Of a DNA stretch of 64,000 nucleotides, positions 29,830 to 40,412 are shown one piece after another. The stretch spans positions 712,567-776,566 of the forward strand of contig JBMNFB010000001.1 in NCBI GenBank assembly GCA_050949085.1. Direction: 5' to 3'. The notes below the pieces were generated by a model, which saw only the letters and a list, made by a program, of their open reading frames with translations, was not told where the DNA came from and did not search any database. Source of the stretch: Bacillota bacterium (GTDB taxonomy: Bacteria; Bacillota; UBA994; UBA5500). Made by a program: the position numbers and the translations under genes. Each line of letters begins with the position of its first letter. Positions within the stretch are counted from its first letter, which is position 1.

Positions 29830-31854
29830 TCACTGCCCACGCATCATGCGCGCAAAGGCAGCGACGATCTCCGGATCAAATCTGGTGCCGGATTGGCTTT
29901 CAATCTCGCGTAGAGCCTCTTCCTCACTCATCGGTTCGGTGCCTCCAGGCGGACGAATGCGGCGCGAGAATACCCCAACTACGGCAACGGCCCGGGCCAG
30001 CCAGGGGATCGCCTCCCCCCGCAAGCCCCGAGGATAACCACTTCCATCCCAGTTCTCGTGGTGATAGAACACAGCATCAGCCAGATCCACCGTCTCGTCA
30101 AAGAGTTTCAGGATTCGGTAGCCGGCGATGACATGCCGCCGCGCTTCCTGTTTCGACTCATCATCCAGGTCTTCACTGGGGCCCAAGAGGTGGTCGTCCA
30201 GAACCACCTTGCCGATATCGTGGAGGTAACCTAGCTCCCGCAAGCGACGGAGTTCCCGTTCGGGAAGGTTCATGGCTTCACCCAACCGCTGACAGAGACG
30301 GCTGACCAGCTCGGAGTGCTCTTTCTCCCCCACCGACTTCTCATGTAAAGAACTGATAATCGTTTCGATCAGGCCCCGGTTGATAGCCTCCCGTTCCATC
30401 GTCTTCTGCAGGTACATCCTGCGCTCGGCGCAGTCGTAGACGGCCGCCAGGTCTTGGTCGGTAGTCGACTTGCTGGCGCTGCCGATGGAAATGCTACCCC
30501 GCACAGCCTTGACCTGCTCCTTGGCAAACTCCTCCTGGATCTGGGCTGCCAGTCGGCGGGCTTCCTCCAGGTCTGTTCCTGAGAGGATGATGGCAAACTC
30601 ATCACCGCCGGTGCGGGCGATGACTGCCTGCTCGCCACAGACCCGGCGCAGGACGCTGGCGGCCTTGATCAGGAGCAGATCGCCTGCCGCATGGCCGAAC
30701 ACATCGTTGGTCAGTTTCAGGCCATTCATATCAGCCACCAGCATCGAAACGGGGATTGTCTGATTCTGCCGCAGCAGCTCCGCCTCAAAAAATCTGCGGT
30801 TATAGAGACCGGTGAGCGAATCGTGATAGCTGAGATAGAGCAGCTCCTCTTCGTGCTGGGCCAGGGCCTCGTAGGCTTGCTGCAGCTCAATCTGCTGCTC
30901 CCGCTTTTCTTTGGCCGTCCACACCCCAGTCATCAGCAACGTCAGCTGCTGCACGTCGTCCGTGTCGTAGGGAGCGGCCTTGTTGGCCAGGCCAACCACG
31001 GCGACAATCTCATCATTGATGACCACCGGGATGCTCATAAACCTCTTGAGCGGTATATGCCCCTCTGGATACCCCTTCTTCCAGTCAGCGTGCGACTCGT
31101 AGTCGTTGATGATCAACGGCCTGCGCTGCCGCACTACCTCGCCCCAGAGGCCGATCTGGCTGAGAGCGTTCATGGACGGCACACTGTCTATCCTGCACTC
31201 TGCCAAAGTCTCGGCCGACCAGGTGTTCACTTCGAACTCCTCAGTGGCTTCATCATAGAAAAAGATGTAGCCGAACCTGCTCTCGGTCATTTCAACGGCT
31301 TTGGAGAGGACAAAGTCCAACTGTTCCCGGGTTGACTCAAATTGCTGGGAAAAGACATCGATCAGGATCGAATAGCGCAGCAGCGTCTTTTGCTCACGTT
31401 GACGCCGGATTCTCTCCTCAGTGATATCCTGGACAACCGCTCCGACTGCGGGGCCCAATCCAGGCAGTTCGAGCGGGAGTTTGATGGCGCGGAAAGTTCG
31501 GTCCTTGATCTGCTGCTCGGCGACCAGAACCGACCCACTTGCCAGCGTCTCCAAATCACTTGCCTTGTCATGATTTGCCCAATCAGCGGCAAGCACGGAA
31601 GTTGCCTCCTGCCCCAGCAACTCGGAGCGCGACTTCCCGATGGCGCGCTCGAGAGCCCGGTTTACCAGCCGATACCTCTGATCCGCCGTCTTGATATAGA
31701 TCAGCCGATCGTCTGCATCCATGAGAGCCTGGTAGACCTTCTGCAGCGCTGCCACTTCCCCGGTCTTTGCCCGATATCGGTAACACAATACCAGCAAGAG
31801 AATCAGGAGTGACAGAGCCGCTACCCAGGGAACAAATATCGATTGCTCGCCCAT
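29830..31854 (-). CDS. c-di-GMP protein: membrane anchor, PAS, GAF, GGDEF, HD-GYP
   Basis: GGDEF (RTGGDEFAIIL), HD-GYP (HDIGK ... HHENWDGSGYP). Confidence 0.85.
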   Translation of the reverse strand: MGEQSIFVPWVAALSLLILLLVLCYRYRAKTGEVAALQKVYQALMDADDRLIYIKTADQRYRLVNRALERAIGKSRSELLGQEATSVLAADWANHDKASDLETLASGSVLVAEQQIKDRTFRAIKLPLELPGLGPAVGAVVQDITEERIRRQREQKTLLRYSILIDVFSQQFESTREQLDFVLSKAVEMTESRFGYIFFYDEATEEFEVNTWSAETLAECRIDSVPSMNALSQIGLWGEVVRQRRPLIINDYESHADWKKGYPEGHIPLKRFMSIPVVINDEIVAVVGLANKAAPYDTDDVQQLTLLMTGVWTAKEKREQQIELQQAYEALAQHEEELLYLSYHDSLTGLYNRRFFEAELLRQNQTIPVSMLVADMNGLKLTNDVFGHAAGDLLLIKAASVLRRVCGEQAVIARTGGDEFAIILSGTDLEEARRLAAQIQEEFAKEQVKAVRGSISIGSASKSTTDQDLAAVYDCAERRMYLQKTMEREAINRGLIETIISSLHEKSVGEKEHSELVSRLCQRLGEAMNLPERELRRLRELGYLHDIGKVVLDDHLLGPSEDLDDESKQEARRHVIAGYRILKLFDETVDLADAVFYHHENWDGSGYPRGLRGEAIPWLARAVAVVGVFSRRIRPPGGTEPMSEEEALREIESQSGTRFDPEIVAAFARMMRGQ

Positions 31855-32011
31855 CTGACTTGATCACCTCATCCAAAATCCAGAGCCGCAATAGCGAATT
31901 ACTTGTAGAAAGATTATGTATCAAGCAAGAAGTCAAACCAGACGTCACCATTATACACGACTCGTGCAAAATTGCACCAATTAACTGGGCAATTCGAGAT
32001 GTTAGGCCAAA

Positions 32012-33661
32012 TCATTGACCTGAGGTATTGTCAGCACGCATTAGCGCTAAGAAGGCATCTACAACCGCGGGATCAAACTTCCGGCCGGCCTGCTTGGCTA
32101 TCTCTTGCACCGCATCCGGTTCGCTGTACAGCGCCGACGGCTCCGCGCAGCACGTCAGGTCAACGAAATTGTCTGCCACGGCAATGATGCGGGCAAGCAA
32201 GGGGATCTCCTCACCACGTAAGCCTTTCGGCAAACCAGAGCCGTCCCAGCTTTCTTCGTGATACAGGACGGCTTCGGCTATGTCCGCCGTCTCCTCAAAT
32301 AACTGCAGGATCCGATAACCAACCGTAACATGCTGCGTAGCCGCCAGCTGATCTATGTCCACGAGACGCCCGGCCTTCAGCAGCTGCTCGCTGAGAACGA
32401 TCTTGCCTATATCATGCAGATAGCCCGCATCCCTCAGCCTGCGGACATCGTCTTCCCCCAGGTGCAGGATGTACCCCAGCCGCTCACATAGCTGACTTAC
32501 TCGCTGCGAATGTTCCTTCAGCAGGGGAACTCGCTGATGCAGCGTATCAATTATGCTCCCGATCAGCTCAGCATTGGTAACTGAGCGCTGCAGCGTCTTC
32601 TGCAGGTACATCTCGCTCTCCGCGTCGCGGAATACAGCAGCCATTTCCTGAGCTGGCTCGGTCTTAGAGGCAACACCCAGTGAGATGCTGCCCCTGATGG
32701 CCATCACTTTCTCGCGGGCGACGTCTTCCTGGATCTTGATGGCCAGCTGGCGAGCTTCATCCAGCCCGGTCCCGGGCAAGATCAGGGCAAATTCGTCTCC
32801 ACCGATGCGGGCGGCGAGAGCATGCTCTCGACAGACCCGCCTGAAGACCTCACCAACCTTGCGGATCAGCTCATCTCCTGCCGCATGTCCAAACACATCG
32901 TTGGTAAGCTTCAAGCCGTTCACATCGGCCAGAATCAGCGACACAGGAAACTCGTTCTCCATGTTCTGCAACCCGGCCTCGAAGGAGGACCGATTGTACA
33001 ACCCGGTTACTGGATCATGGAGGCTGAGGTACTTGATCTGAGCTTCCGCCTGCTTCCGTTCAGTGATATCGGTAAAACTGACGACACCACCGACGACTTT
33101 CCCGTCCACTAGCTGCGGATACGAGGCGTATTCTACGTCAAAGTGACTGCCGTCCGCCCGCCAGAAAACCTCATCATCTACTCTAGCACCCGTTCCTGTA
33201 AGCAGGGTCTGGTAGATGCTGCATTCTTCGAGGGGCATAGGCGTACCATCCCGCCGACTGTGATGAATCAGTGAATGGACCTGCTTACCTATCAGCTGGG
33301 CGGCGTCTGCGTATCCCAGCATCCGCAGGAAGCTGGCATTGCAGAATGTGCATCGCCCATCCACGTCTACACCGAAAATCGCCTCGGCCGTTGAATCGAG
33401 GATCAGCTGCAGCTTCGCTTCATGCTCAGCCAGCCGCTGGTTGGCCTGCTCTAACTCGGCTCCCCTCTGCCGAGTCTCTCCTCTGCTGGCCATCAACTCC
33501 TTGAGGCTTCGGGTCAGCATGAAAAGAGCTGCGGCCAGAATAAACAGTAGCCCACCCAGGGCCGCATGGAAGAAGTGCATCACCTCTTCGGAAACGGTGA
33601 TCAATGCAAAGAATAGCAGGCTCCCCAAGAAAGCAGGAACCAGGACTAGATACTTTTTCAT
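32012..33661 (-). CDS. c-di-GMP protein: TM anchor, PAS, GGDEF, HD-GYP (tandem paralog of the upstream gene)
   Basis: RIGGDEFALIL GGDEF; HDIGK ... YHEESWDGSGLP HD-GYP. Start taken at MKKYLVLV. Confidence 0.85.
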   Translation of the reverse strand: MKKYLVLVPAFLGSLLFFALITVSEEVMHFFHAALGGLLFILAAALFMLTRSLKELMASRGETRQRGAELEQANQRLAEHEAKLQLILDSTAEAIFGVDVDGRCTFCNASFLRMLGYADAAQLIGKQVHSLIHHSRRDGTPMPLEECSIYQTLLTGTGARVDDEVFWRADGSHFDVEYASYPQLVDGKVVGGVVSFTDITERKQAEAQIKYLSLHDPVTGLYNRSSFEAGLQNMENEFPVSLILADVNGLKLTNDVFGHAAGDELIRKVGEVFRRVCREHALAARIGGDEFALILPGTGLDEARQLAIKIQEDVAREKVMAIRGSISLGVASKTEPAQEMAAVFRDAESEMYLQKTLQRSVTNAELIGSIIDTLHQRVPLLKEHSQRVSQLCERLGYILHLGEDDVRRLRDAGYLHDIGKIVLSEQLLKAGRLVDIDQLAATQHVTVGYRILQLFEETADIAEAVLYHEESWDGSGLPKGLRGEEIPLLARIIAVADNFVDLTCCAEPSALYSEPDAVQEIAKQAGRKFDPAVVDAFLALMRADNTSGQ

Positions 33662-33744
33662 GGCTCCCCCCAATCACGTCGTGAAGACCGGACCTTAGGT
33701 TCCGTAATCAGTGTTGACCAGAGTGAGGCCCGGCCCCCTGTGCG

Positions 33745-36012
33745 CTAGCCTGCTGGTCGGTTATGGCTGTTGACCAGAGCCAGAACTTCGGACTCTGGCA
33801 AGGGTCTGCTGAGCAGATAGCCCTGCATGTAGTTGCAGTGGTGCTGTCGCAGGTACTGGAGCTGCTGTTCCACCTCGACACCTTCGGCAACCACATACTT
33901 GCCCAGGCGATGCGCCATGGCCGTAATGTCACCGAGTAGCAGCTGATCCGGCTCGCTGGTCAACACGCTGTCAACAAACGCCTTGTCAATCTTGATGCCG
34001 TTGACATGCAGGTTGCCGATACGCGCATAGGAGGAATAGCCGGTTCCGTAGTCATCGATGACCACATGGATACCCTGCTCGGTCAGTTCGCGAAGCCGCT
34101 GGTTAATGGGGCCATATTCATCCAGCATCAATGATTCGGTGATCTCGATGACCAGGTTGTGCGGGTTGACTCCAGTCTCTTCGACGATCTGCAGCAAGTC
34201 GGTAACAAACCCGTCTACCAGCAGCTGCGCAATGGAGATATTCACCGAAACCTTGAGGCAGCCGCCATAATCTGCCTCGAGACGGTGCAGGAAGCGGCAG
34301 GCAAGGCGCAGGATCTCCTGTCCCAGGGGGATGATCAAGCGGGTCCGCTCGGCAATAGGGATAAACTCCAGGGGCGAAATTGCTCCCAGCTCATCGCTAT
34401 GCACACGAGCCAGAGCCTCCAGGGCCACGATTCGGTTGCTGTGCAACTCGACAATCGGCTGGTAGACCAGATAGAGGCGACTATCTCCCTGACCGCTGAG
34501 AATCTCCTGCAGCTTCTGCTCGATCAGCTCTTGACGCAGGAAGCTTTCTTCCATGGCCCGATCGAAGAAGCGATATCCAGACTGGCTCTGGCGGGCGGCA
34601 TCGGCGGCGATGGCTGCCTGCCTGATCAGCTGATCGGCGTCACGCTGAGATTCGCCGTTGAACTCGACGACGCCGATGCCCACATTAGCATTGACGGCAG
34701 GCATCGGTCCATTGGCACAACTGAGAATCTGGTCGGCGATGGAAACCAGATCAGCCTGATGCTGATAGGATTCAACCAGAATCAAGAAACGCCCCAAGCC
34801 CAGATAGAAAAGCGGATGACACTGCCCCACAGACTGGCACAGGCTGGTAGAGCAGTGCCTCGCCAGATCGTTGCCGTACTGCAGGCTAAAAGTCTGGCTC
34901 AACCGCAGCGCTTGATTATCCACCAGCAGGATTGCGCGCTTCTTCTGCCCTCGCTCACGTTCGCGCCTGGCAGCGTCTACAAACTCGGCCAACTGCAGCT
35001 GGTTAGGCAAACCTGTCACCGGGTCGAAATAAGAGCGGTAGACTAGCTCGCGGTCCTTCTGGTAGTTGAGATGTACGACGCCCAACGCGATGATCGCCCC
35101 GCCAGCGAGAATGCCGCTAGCAACCAGGTTCACCCGGTGGATCATCTGGCTGGCGCTGGCCAAGGAATAGGTCATGCTCAGGGTTCCAATCTTCTGTCCT
35201 TCAACAGAGATCGGCAACAGGACCTGATAGACGTGTTCTCCGTCGTGGACAGTTCGTTCCGCATATTCCTGATCAGCCAGGATCGCCGCCTTGGCCTCAT
35301 CGGAGAGCCACTCGTCCGAGATTCCTGGATGCGAGGAACTGGCAACTAACTGCATGTCGTTGTTCAGAAAGCTGATGCAGTGGATGAAGTCCGTCTGCGC
35401 CATCTCTTTCAACAGGTACTCAACCTCAAAATGCCCCAGAAACTGCTGGACGGTCTCAGCCCGAACACCGACCTGAACAAACCCGCCGTCCTCGTGCTGG
35501 AAATACGCATATTTGTAGTAGGTATCAGACTCGGTGTCCCTGCGGATTTCCTCCACGTGCTGGGTGGCTCCACTCTGCATGAAGTCATAGACGGGGTGGC
35601 CCGGGAGGGCTTTCCAGCCTTTGTACAGCTCGTTGGTGCAGATGATCTCCCCAGCGGCGTTGTAGTAGAAGATCTGGTCAACCTGCAGCGAATTGGCCAG
35701 TCGAGCCAGGAATTCGTCACATATCCCAGTGTCCTGTGGCACAGAGTTGAGCACCATCGAGCCGGCAGCCGTCAGCTTCTCCACCAGCAGAGCATCGATC
35801 AGCTCGGTGGCCTCCGCCGATCTGGAAAGCGACTGCGCATAGCCAGTGGCCAAACGATATGACTCATCGCGCGCCCTTCGATACGCGAAACCGCGTATCG
35901 CCTCGCCCACCAGGAAGAGCGACGCAAGTGCTGCCAGCAAGATCAGAGTTACAGGTAACAGATAATCTTTCCAGGTTATTTGCCTGGGACCGAATCTATG
36001 GGTCAACTCCAA
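33745..36012 (-). CDS. Membrane sensor protein with periplasmic sensor domain, GGDEF-like domain and EAL domain
   Basis: EAL-domain motifs (EALARV..., DDYGTGYSS); TTG start suggested after a G-rich ribosome-binding site. Confidence 0.75.
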   Translation of the reverse strand: MELTHRFGPRQITWKDYLLPVTLILLAALASLFLVGEAIRGFAYRRARDESYRLATGYAQSLSRSAEATELIDALLVEKLTAAGSMVLNSVPQDTGICDEFLARLANSLQVDQIFYYNAAGEIICTNELYKGWKALPGHPVYDFMQSGATQHVEEIRRDTESDTYYKYAYFQHEDGGFVQVGVRAETVQQFLGHFEVEYLLKEMAQTDFIHCISFLNNDMQLVASSSHPGISDEWLSDEAKAAILADQEYAERTVHDGEHVYQVLLPISVEGQKIGTLSMTYSLASASQMIHRVNLVASGILAGGAIIALGVVHLNYQKDRELVYRSYFDPVTGLPNQLQLAEFVDAARRERERGQKKRAILLVDNQALRLSQTFSLQYGNDLARHCSTSLCQSVGQCHPLFYLGLGRFLILVESYQHQADLVSIADQILSCANGPMPAVNANVGIGVVEFNGESQRDADQLIRQAAIAADAARQSQSGYRFFDRAMEESFLRQELIEQKLQEILSGQGDSRLYLVYQPIVELHSNRIVALEALARVHSDELGAISPLEFIPIAERTRLIIPLGQEILRLACRFLHRLEADYGGCLKVSVNISIAQLLVDGFVTDLLQIVEETGVNPHNLVIEITESLMLDEYGPINQRLRELTEQGIHVVIDDYGTGYSSYARIGNLHVNGIKIDKAFVDSVLTSEPDQLLLGDITAMAHRLGKYVVAEGVEVEQQLQYLRQHHCNYMQGYLLSRPLPESEVLALVNSHNRPAG

Positions 36013-36282
36013 CCCCCCCCCAGAGGTGCAGTAGATGACAGAGTCTATATAGATTTGGTCTATTCTCCGTAATCGTAACAATTCCTGCTAGCGATTGCAC
36101 TGAATTTGCCCAATCGAGGTAACTGACACCATAGTAAGACGGCGAAGATCGGACAGGCGTCGACACCGTAATGGCTGGCGGATCGAAGTCCGGCGAAATA
36201 TGCGGGGGCGAGAGAGGAAAACTAATACGGAACGCGAATAATCTATAGCTAGAGAGCATTAAGAGAGGGGGCGTCTCCTATA

Positions 36283-36840
36283 GTGCAGGAATACGCTGTC
36301 GCCATTTTTGCCGGCGGCTGCTTCTGGTGCATGATCTCTCCTTTTGACGTATTGGAGGGGATTCTGGAAGTAAAGTCAGGCTATATTGGCGGGACGATTG
36401 AAAACCCGACTTACCAGCAGGTAAGGTCGGGCCAATCCGGGCATTACGAGGCGGTCCGCATCAAATACGACCCGCGAGTCATCAGCTATGAAAAGCTGCT
36501 CAGGGCGTTCTGGATGCAGATAGACCCCACAGATGATGGCGGCCAATTCCATGACCGGGGTCCGTCCTATCGCACGGCCATTTTCTATACGACACCCGAG
36601 CAGAAGGAGCAAGCCGAAGCCTCGCGGCGCGAGCTGGATGCTTCCGGTCGCTTCCCCGCCCCCATTGTCACCCAGATCCTGCCGGCCACCACTTTCTACG
36701 AGGCTGAGGAGCACCACCAGGACTTCTACAGAAAACAGCCGGAGGAATATCAGGCCGACCGCAAGCGATCGGGACGGGATGAGTTTATTCGCAAACACTG
36801 GGGAGATGAGTACTGGAAGATCTTTGAGCCGGAGGATTGA
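36283..36840 (+). CDS. msrA: Peptide methionine sulfoxide reductase MsrA
   Basis: GGCFWC active-site motif; 185 aa. Confidence 0.9.
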   Translation: MQEYAVAIFAGGCFWCMISPFDVLEGILEVKSGYIGGTIENPTYQQVRSGQSGHYEAVRIKYDPRVISYEKLLRAFWMQIDPTDDGGQFHDRGPSYRTAIFYTTPEQKEQAEASRRELDASGRFPAPIVTQILPATTFYEAEEHHQDFYRKQPEEYQADRKRSGRDEFIRKHWGDEYWKIFEPED

Positions 36841-36897
36841 GTACGCCTGTCAGCTCGGGTAAAGCGCGGCACTATTTGGTGGGCGCTGATCCCTATG

Positions 36898-36941
36898 TTG
36901 TAAAAAGTCAGCAAATTGTGCTATGGTAAATACGCTATAAT
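36898..36941 (+). promoter_or_regulatory. Candidate sigma-70-type promoter for ilvE
   Basis: TTGTAA, 18 nt, TGcTATGGT; a perfect TATAAT lies 9 nt further downstream. Confidence 0.3.
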
Positions 36942-36976
36942 ATTATCAAGGCTAACACTCTAAAGGAGGAATCTTG

Positions 36977-37999
36977 ATGACAAAGGTCAACATCGACTGG
37001 AGCAAACTCGGGTTCGGCTACATGAAGACTCCCTACCGTTACATCTCCTACTGGAAAGATGGTCAATGGGATGAGGGACAGCTGATAACCGACAACGTGC
37101 TACATATCAGCGAGGGATCCACGGCCTTGCATTACGGTCAGCAGGCCTTTGAAGGGATGAAGGCCTACACCGCCAAGAATGGAGACATCCAGCTCTTCCG
37201 TCCTGACCGCAATGCTGCCCGCTTGCAGGATACCTGCGACAGATTGTTGATGCCGAAGTTCCCCATTGAACGCTTTGTCGATGCCTGCAAACAGGTAGTC
37301 AGAGCCAATCGGGAATATGTTCCGCCTTACGGCACCGGAGCTTCACTCTACATCCGTCCGTACATGATCGGCGTCGGTGACAATCTGGGTGTGCGTCCCG
37401 CTTCAGAATATATCTTCTCGATTTTCGTTGCGCCGGTCGGCCCCTACTTCAAAGGTGGCATGAAACCGGTCAACTTCGTCACCACCGATTATGACCGGGC
37501 CGCGCCCAACGGAACTGGCGCAGCCAAAGTTGGCGGGAACTACGCCGGCAGCCTGTTACCGCACGAAGAGGCTGTGAAGCGCGGCTTTGCCGACTGCATC
37601 TACCTCGATCCGCAGACCCATACGAAGATCGAGGAAGTGGGGGCAGCCAACTTCTTCGGCATCACCCACGATGACAAGTTTGTGACCCCGCGATCCCCGT
37701 CCATCCTGCCCAGCATCACAAAGTACTCCCTGCTGCATGTGGCCAAGGAGTATCTGGGTATGGAAGTCGAGGAGCGCGATGTTTACATCGACAAACTGGA
37801 TGAGTTCAAGGAAGCCGGCGCCTGCGGCACCGCCGCAGTGATCACGCCGATCGGCGGCATCGAGCACAAGGGCAAGATGCACGTCTTCTACAGCGAGACC
37901 GAAGTCGGCCCTGTCACCAGGAAGCTCTACGAAACGCTGGTGGGCATCCAGCTGGGAGAGATCGAGGCACCGGAAGGCTGGATCGTGAAGGTAGACTAA
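36977..37999 (+). CDS. ilvE: Branched-chain amino acid aminotransferase (class IV PLP enzyme)
   Basis: BCAT-like sequence throughout; AGGAGG 7 nt upstream of the ATG. Confidence 0.9.
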   Translation: MTKVNIDWSKLGFGYMKTPYRYISYWKDGQWDEGQLITDNVLHISEGSTALHYGQQAFEGMKAYTAKNGDIQLFRPDRNAARLQDTCDRLLMPKFPIERFVDACKQVVRANREYVPPYGTGASLYIRPYMIGVGDNLGVRPASEYIFSIFVAPVGPYFKGGMKPVNFVTTDYDRAAPNGTGAAKVGGNYAGSLLPHEEAVKRGFADCIYLDPQTHTKIEEVGAANFFGITHDDKFVTPRSPSILPSITKYSLLHVAKEYLGMEVEERDVYIDKLDEFKEAGACGTAAVITPIGGIEHKGKMHVFYSETEVGPVTRKLYETLVGIQLGEIEAPEGWIVKVD

Positions 38000-38022
38000 G
38001 TATAGAAGAGGAATCGCAAACC

Positions 38023-38062
38023 GAGAGCCGGGGAGTTGACTGCTGTCAACCGCCCGGCTCTC
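38023..38062 (+). terminator. Rho-independent terminator after ilvE
   Basis: GAGAGCCGGGG...CCCGGCTCTC hairpin then TCTTGTG. Confidence 0.5.
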
Positions 38063-38169
38063 TCTTGTGCGCTCCAGGCTTGCATATCAGAAACGCAAAT
38101 TTTGTGGCCTACCTAGAAGGGCGCCTGGTACTGGCAGCGAATAGTACCACGACAAGGAGGTAGATTTGC

Positions 38170-38787
38170 ATGGCCCAATCATTGAAGCAGTCTTTTGATC
38201 GCCTGTACCAAATGGATGCCCTGCAGCGCACGCTGGTGGTCTGGCTAGCTTTTCAGCTAATCCTCTGGCTGACATTCGGCATCGGCTACCTGCTGAATCA
38301 GGATGCGTGGATTGATGTGCCCGCGGTGCCGCCCTCGTCTGCGGCGGAGGGTGGCTGGTTAGGCACGCTGCTGTACATAGTGATCAGCAACTCCATCGTG
38401 CTGGCGCTGATCGTGGGCGGCAACCTGTTCGTCCGCTTCGGTCCGGTAACCCCTGGGATGCTGGTGCTGCTGGTTCAGGCAGTCAGCATCGGTTGGCTGG
38501 CTGGAACCAACGGGTTTGAGGTCCCGTTCACCAGTGTGGCGTTAGCCAACGCCCAGTTCCTGCGGGTAGGGCTTTGGGAAACGACTGCCTACGCAGTTGG
38601 TTGTGCCCTCACCCTGCCGAAGTCACTGCTAATCGCCGATGGTCTCTTCGCCCGGGAATGGACCGAGCAGCGCAAGCTGAAGGACCTCCGTTTCTCCAGT
38701 TCGGAAAAGGGCCTGGCGCTAGTCATAGCGCTCACTCTGATCGGTGCAGCACTGGTGGAGACGATCTATCTGACATGCTCCACATGA
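38170..38787 (+). CDS. Polytopic membrane protein (SpoIIM/DUF95-like?), function unknown
   Basis: 205 aa, five or six hydrophobic helices. Confidence 0.45.
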   Translation: MAQSLKQSFDRLYQMDALQRTLVVWLAFQLILWLTFGIGYLLNQDAWIDVPAVPPSSAAEGGWLGTLLYIVISNSIVLALIVGGNLFVRFGPVTPGMLVLLVQAVSIGWLAGTNGFEVPFTSVALANAQFLRVGLWETTAYAVGCALTLPKSLLIADGLFAREWTEQRKLKDLRFSSSEKGLALVIALTLIGAALVETIYLTCST

Positions 38788-38874
38788 TAGGATGCGATGA
38801 CTCGCCGGGCTGGCGAGACTAAACTAGTCTTTGCGGAAAATTGGCGCTCCCCCGGGGACCGGAGGAGCGTTTTC

Positions 38875-39393
38875 TTATGGCTTTCTTGCCTGGCTTGATT
38901 CAGTTACAGCCTCCTGCTGGGCATACATCCTGTGCAGCTCTTCCCAACGCCCCCACGGGAAATCAACGTAGTGCCCAGCCAAGGCCTGGGGTACCCCCTC
39001 CAAGTGGGTGTGCCAGCCTGCCAGCAGGTTGGCCCGGTCGGCGCACGGGGGCAGACTGTGGATCAGAACCAGCTGACAGCCATCCGGCTCAGCGTGCAGC
39101 TCCCAACGTACCAACGTCTCCTCCCCATCGGGGAACTCCCAGGTATACTCCAGCAGAACCGGCTCTTGCACCTGCACAATACGCCCTTGATTCACATGCC
39201 CGGTGTTCTCAAACTTAAGCTGCAGCCGGCTGCCGGGAATCAGCTCCCACGAGGGAACCGCCAACCATCTGGCCAGAAGCTCGTGTTCAGTCAGCGTCGC
39301 CCACACCTCGTCCACTGTAGCTGCAAGCTTAGTCGTTAGCCGCAGCGAGTTGCCATCTACGCCTCCTACGACCTTGCTGCTCATCTCCTCCAC
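38875..39393 (-). CDS. SRPBCC-superfamily protein (AHSA1/START-like)
   Basis: 172 aa; sequence pattern typical of the Aha1-like SRPBCC fold. Confidence 0.6.
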   Translation of the reverse strand: MEEMSSKVVGGVDGNSLRLTTKLAATVDEVWATLTEHELLARWLAVPSWELIPGSRLQLKFENTGHVNQGRIVQVQEPVLLEYTWEFPDGEETLVRWELHAEPDGCQLVLIHSLPPCADRANLLAGWHTHLEGVPQALAGHYVDFPWGRWEELHRMYAQQEAVTESSQARKP

Positions 39394-39577
39394 CCTTTCC
39401 TATCACTTCGCCCAGCTTTCGCTGGTGGCAAGCCGACAGACTGGTACTAGATTCGCTTCCCTGCTGGCTATTCCCTGCAGCCTCAGCGGTTGGAGCCTAC
39501 TGTTCATGCCACAGAACACCGCCCATAAGAAAACATGGCACGAGTAGCTGAACTATCCCCTGCCATGCTCCATCTCC

Positions 39578-40333
39578 CTAGCGTGGAACGATATGCAGCA
39601 GCGAGCGAAAGACCACCTGATCCTGCGCTTCGTTAACTCCCTCGACGTAGATCGAGCCACCGTCAGCGTGAGCAGCTTCCTTACGCAAGAGGATCGTGTC
39701 ACGTGGCAGAGCCTCGTTGACAAAGTTGATCTCGATAGACGTGGCTTGATACCGGCGGTGATCCTCGATACGGAAGCAATCCATCACAAAATCCACATAC
39801 CTGGAGTTGTTCAGGTGGCCGTTGAGATCGATATCGCTGTAGCCAATGTTGCGCTGATAGACCGGAACCAGTTCGCCTGCGGGCGACTGGAGTTTCCTCA
39901 GTCGGCTATCGATGGCGCGCTCGCCAGCTGCAAAGTTGATCTGTGCTATCTGGTCGCAGCGCCGCAGGCGCCGCTTCTTGGTATCGATCAGAGCCCAGGT
40001 GGCTACCGCCCGTGCAACCGGCTCGCCTGCTGCATCCAGAACGAGGGAGTGCCGCTCGAACTCATACTTGCTCGCCGGCAACAACCAGGTGCTTACAGTG
40101 ACCGCCTCATCCCAAACCGGGTAACGGACCACGTCGGCGCGCATGCGCAGCACGACCCGCGCCAGGCCGAGGTCGTCCAGCAGCTTCATCTCGGATCGCA
40201 GTTGCTCGGCGGCCGCCTGCGTAGCTGCATCCTGCAAGTAGTCAAAGAGGCCGCTGAGCCGCAGTCGGCCGCTGAAGTCGACATCCGACAGCCCCACCTG
40301 GCAGCTCACGCTATAGACTGCACACTTCTTCAT
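39578..40333 (-). CDS. Acyl-ACP thioesterase (FatA/FatB-like hotdog fold)
   Basis: Tandem hotdog halves; DLNGHLNNSRYVDF motif. Confidence 0.75.
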   Translation of the reverse strand: MKKCAVYSVSCQVGLSDVDFSGRLRLSGLFDYLQDAATQAAAEQLRSEMKLLDDLGLARVVLRMRADVVRYPVWDEAVTVSTWLLPASKYEFERHSLVLDAAGEPVARAVATWALIDTKKRRLRRCDQIAQINFAAGERAIDSRLRKLQSPAGELVPVYQRNIGYSDIDLNGHLNNSRYVDFVMDCFRIEDHRRYQATSIEINFVNEALPRDTILLRKEAAHADGGSIYVEGVNEAQDQVVFRSLLHIVPR

Positions 40334-40412
40334 CCAGTTCCCCCCGATGCGTTGCATACAGCCATTATACACTATCGTCGAGGGGATTAACCGGACCCAG
40401 GCCAGGTGTTGG

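Noticed and set aside
34159-35862. Plus-strand ORFs (295 aa, 160 aa) inside the GGDEF-EAL gene
   Set aside because: Shadow ORFs; the EAL and GGDEF motifs read on the minus strand.
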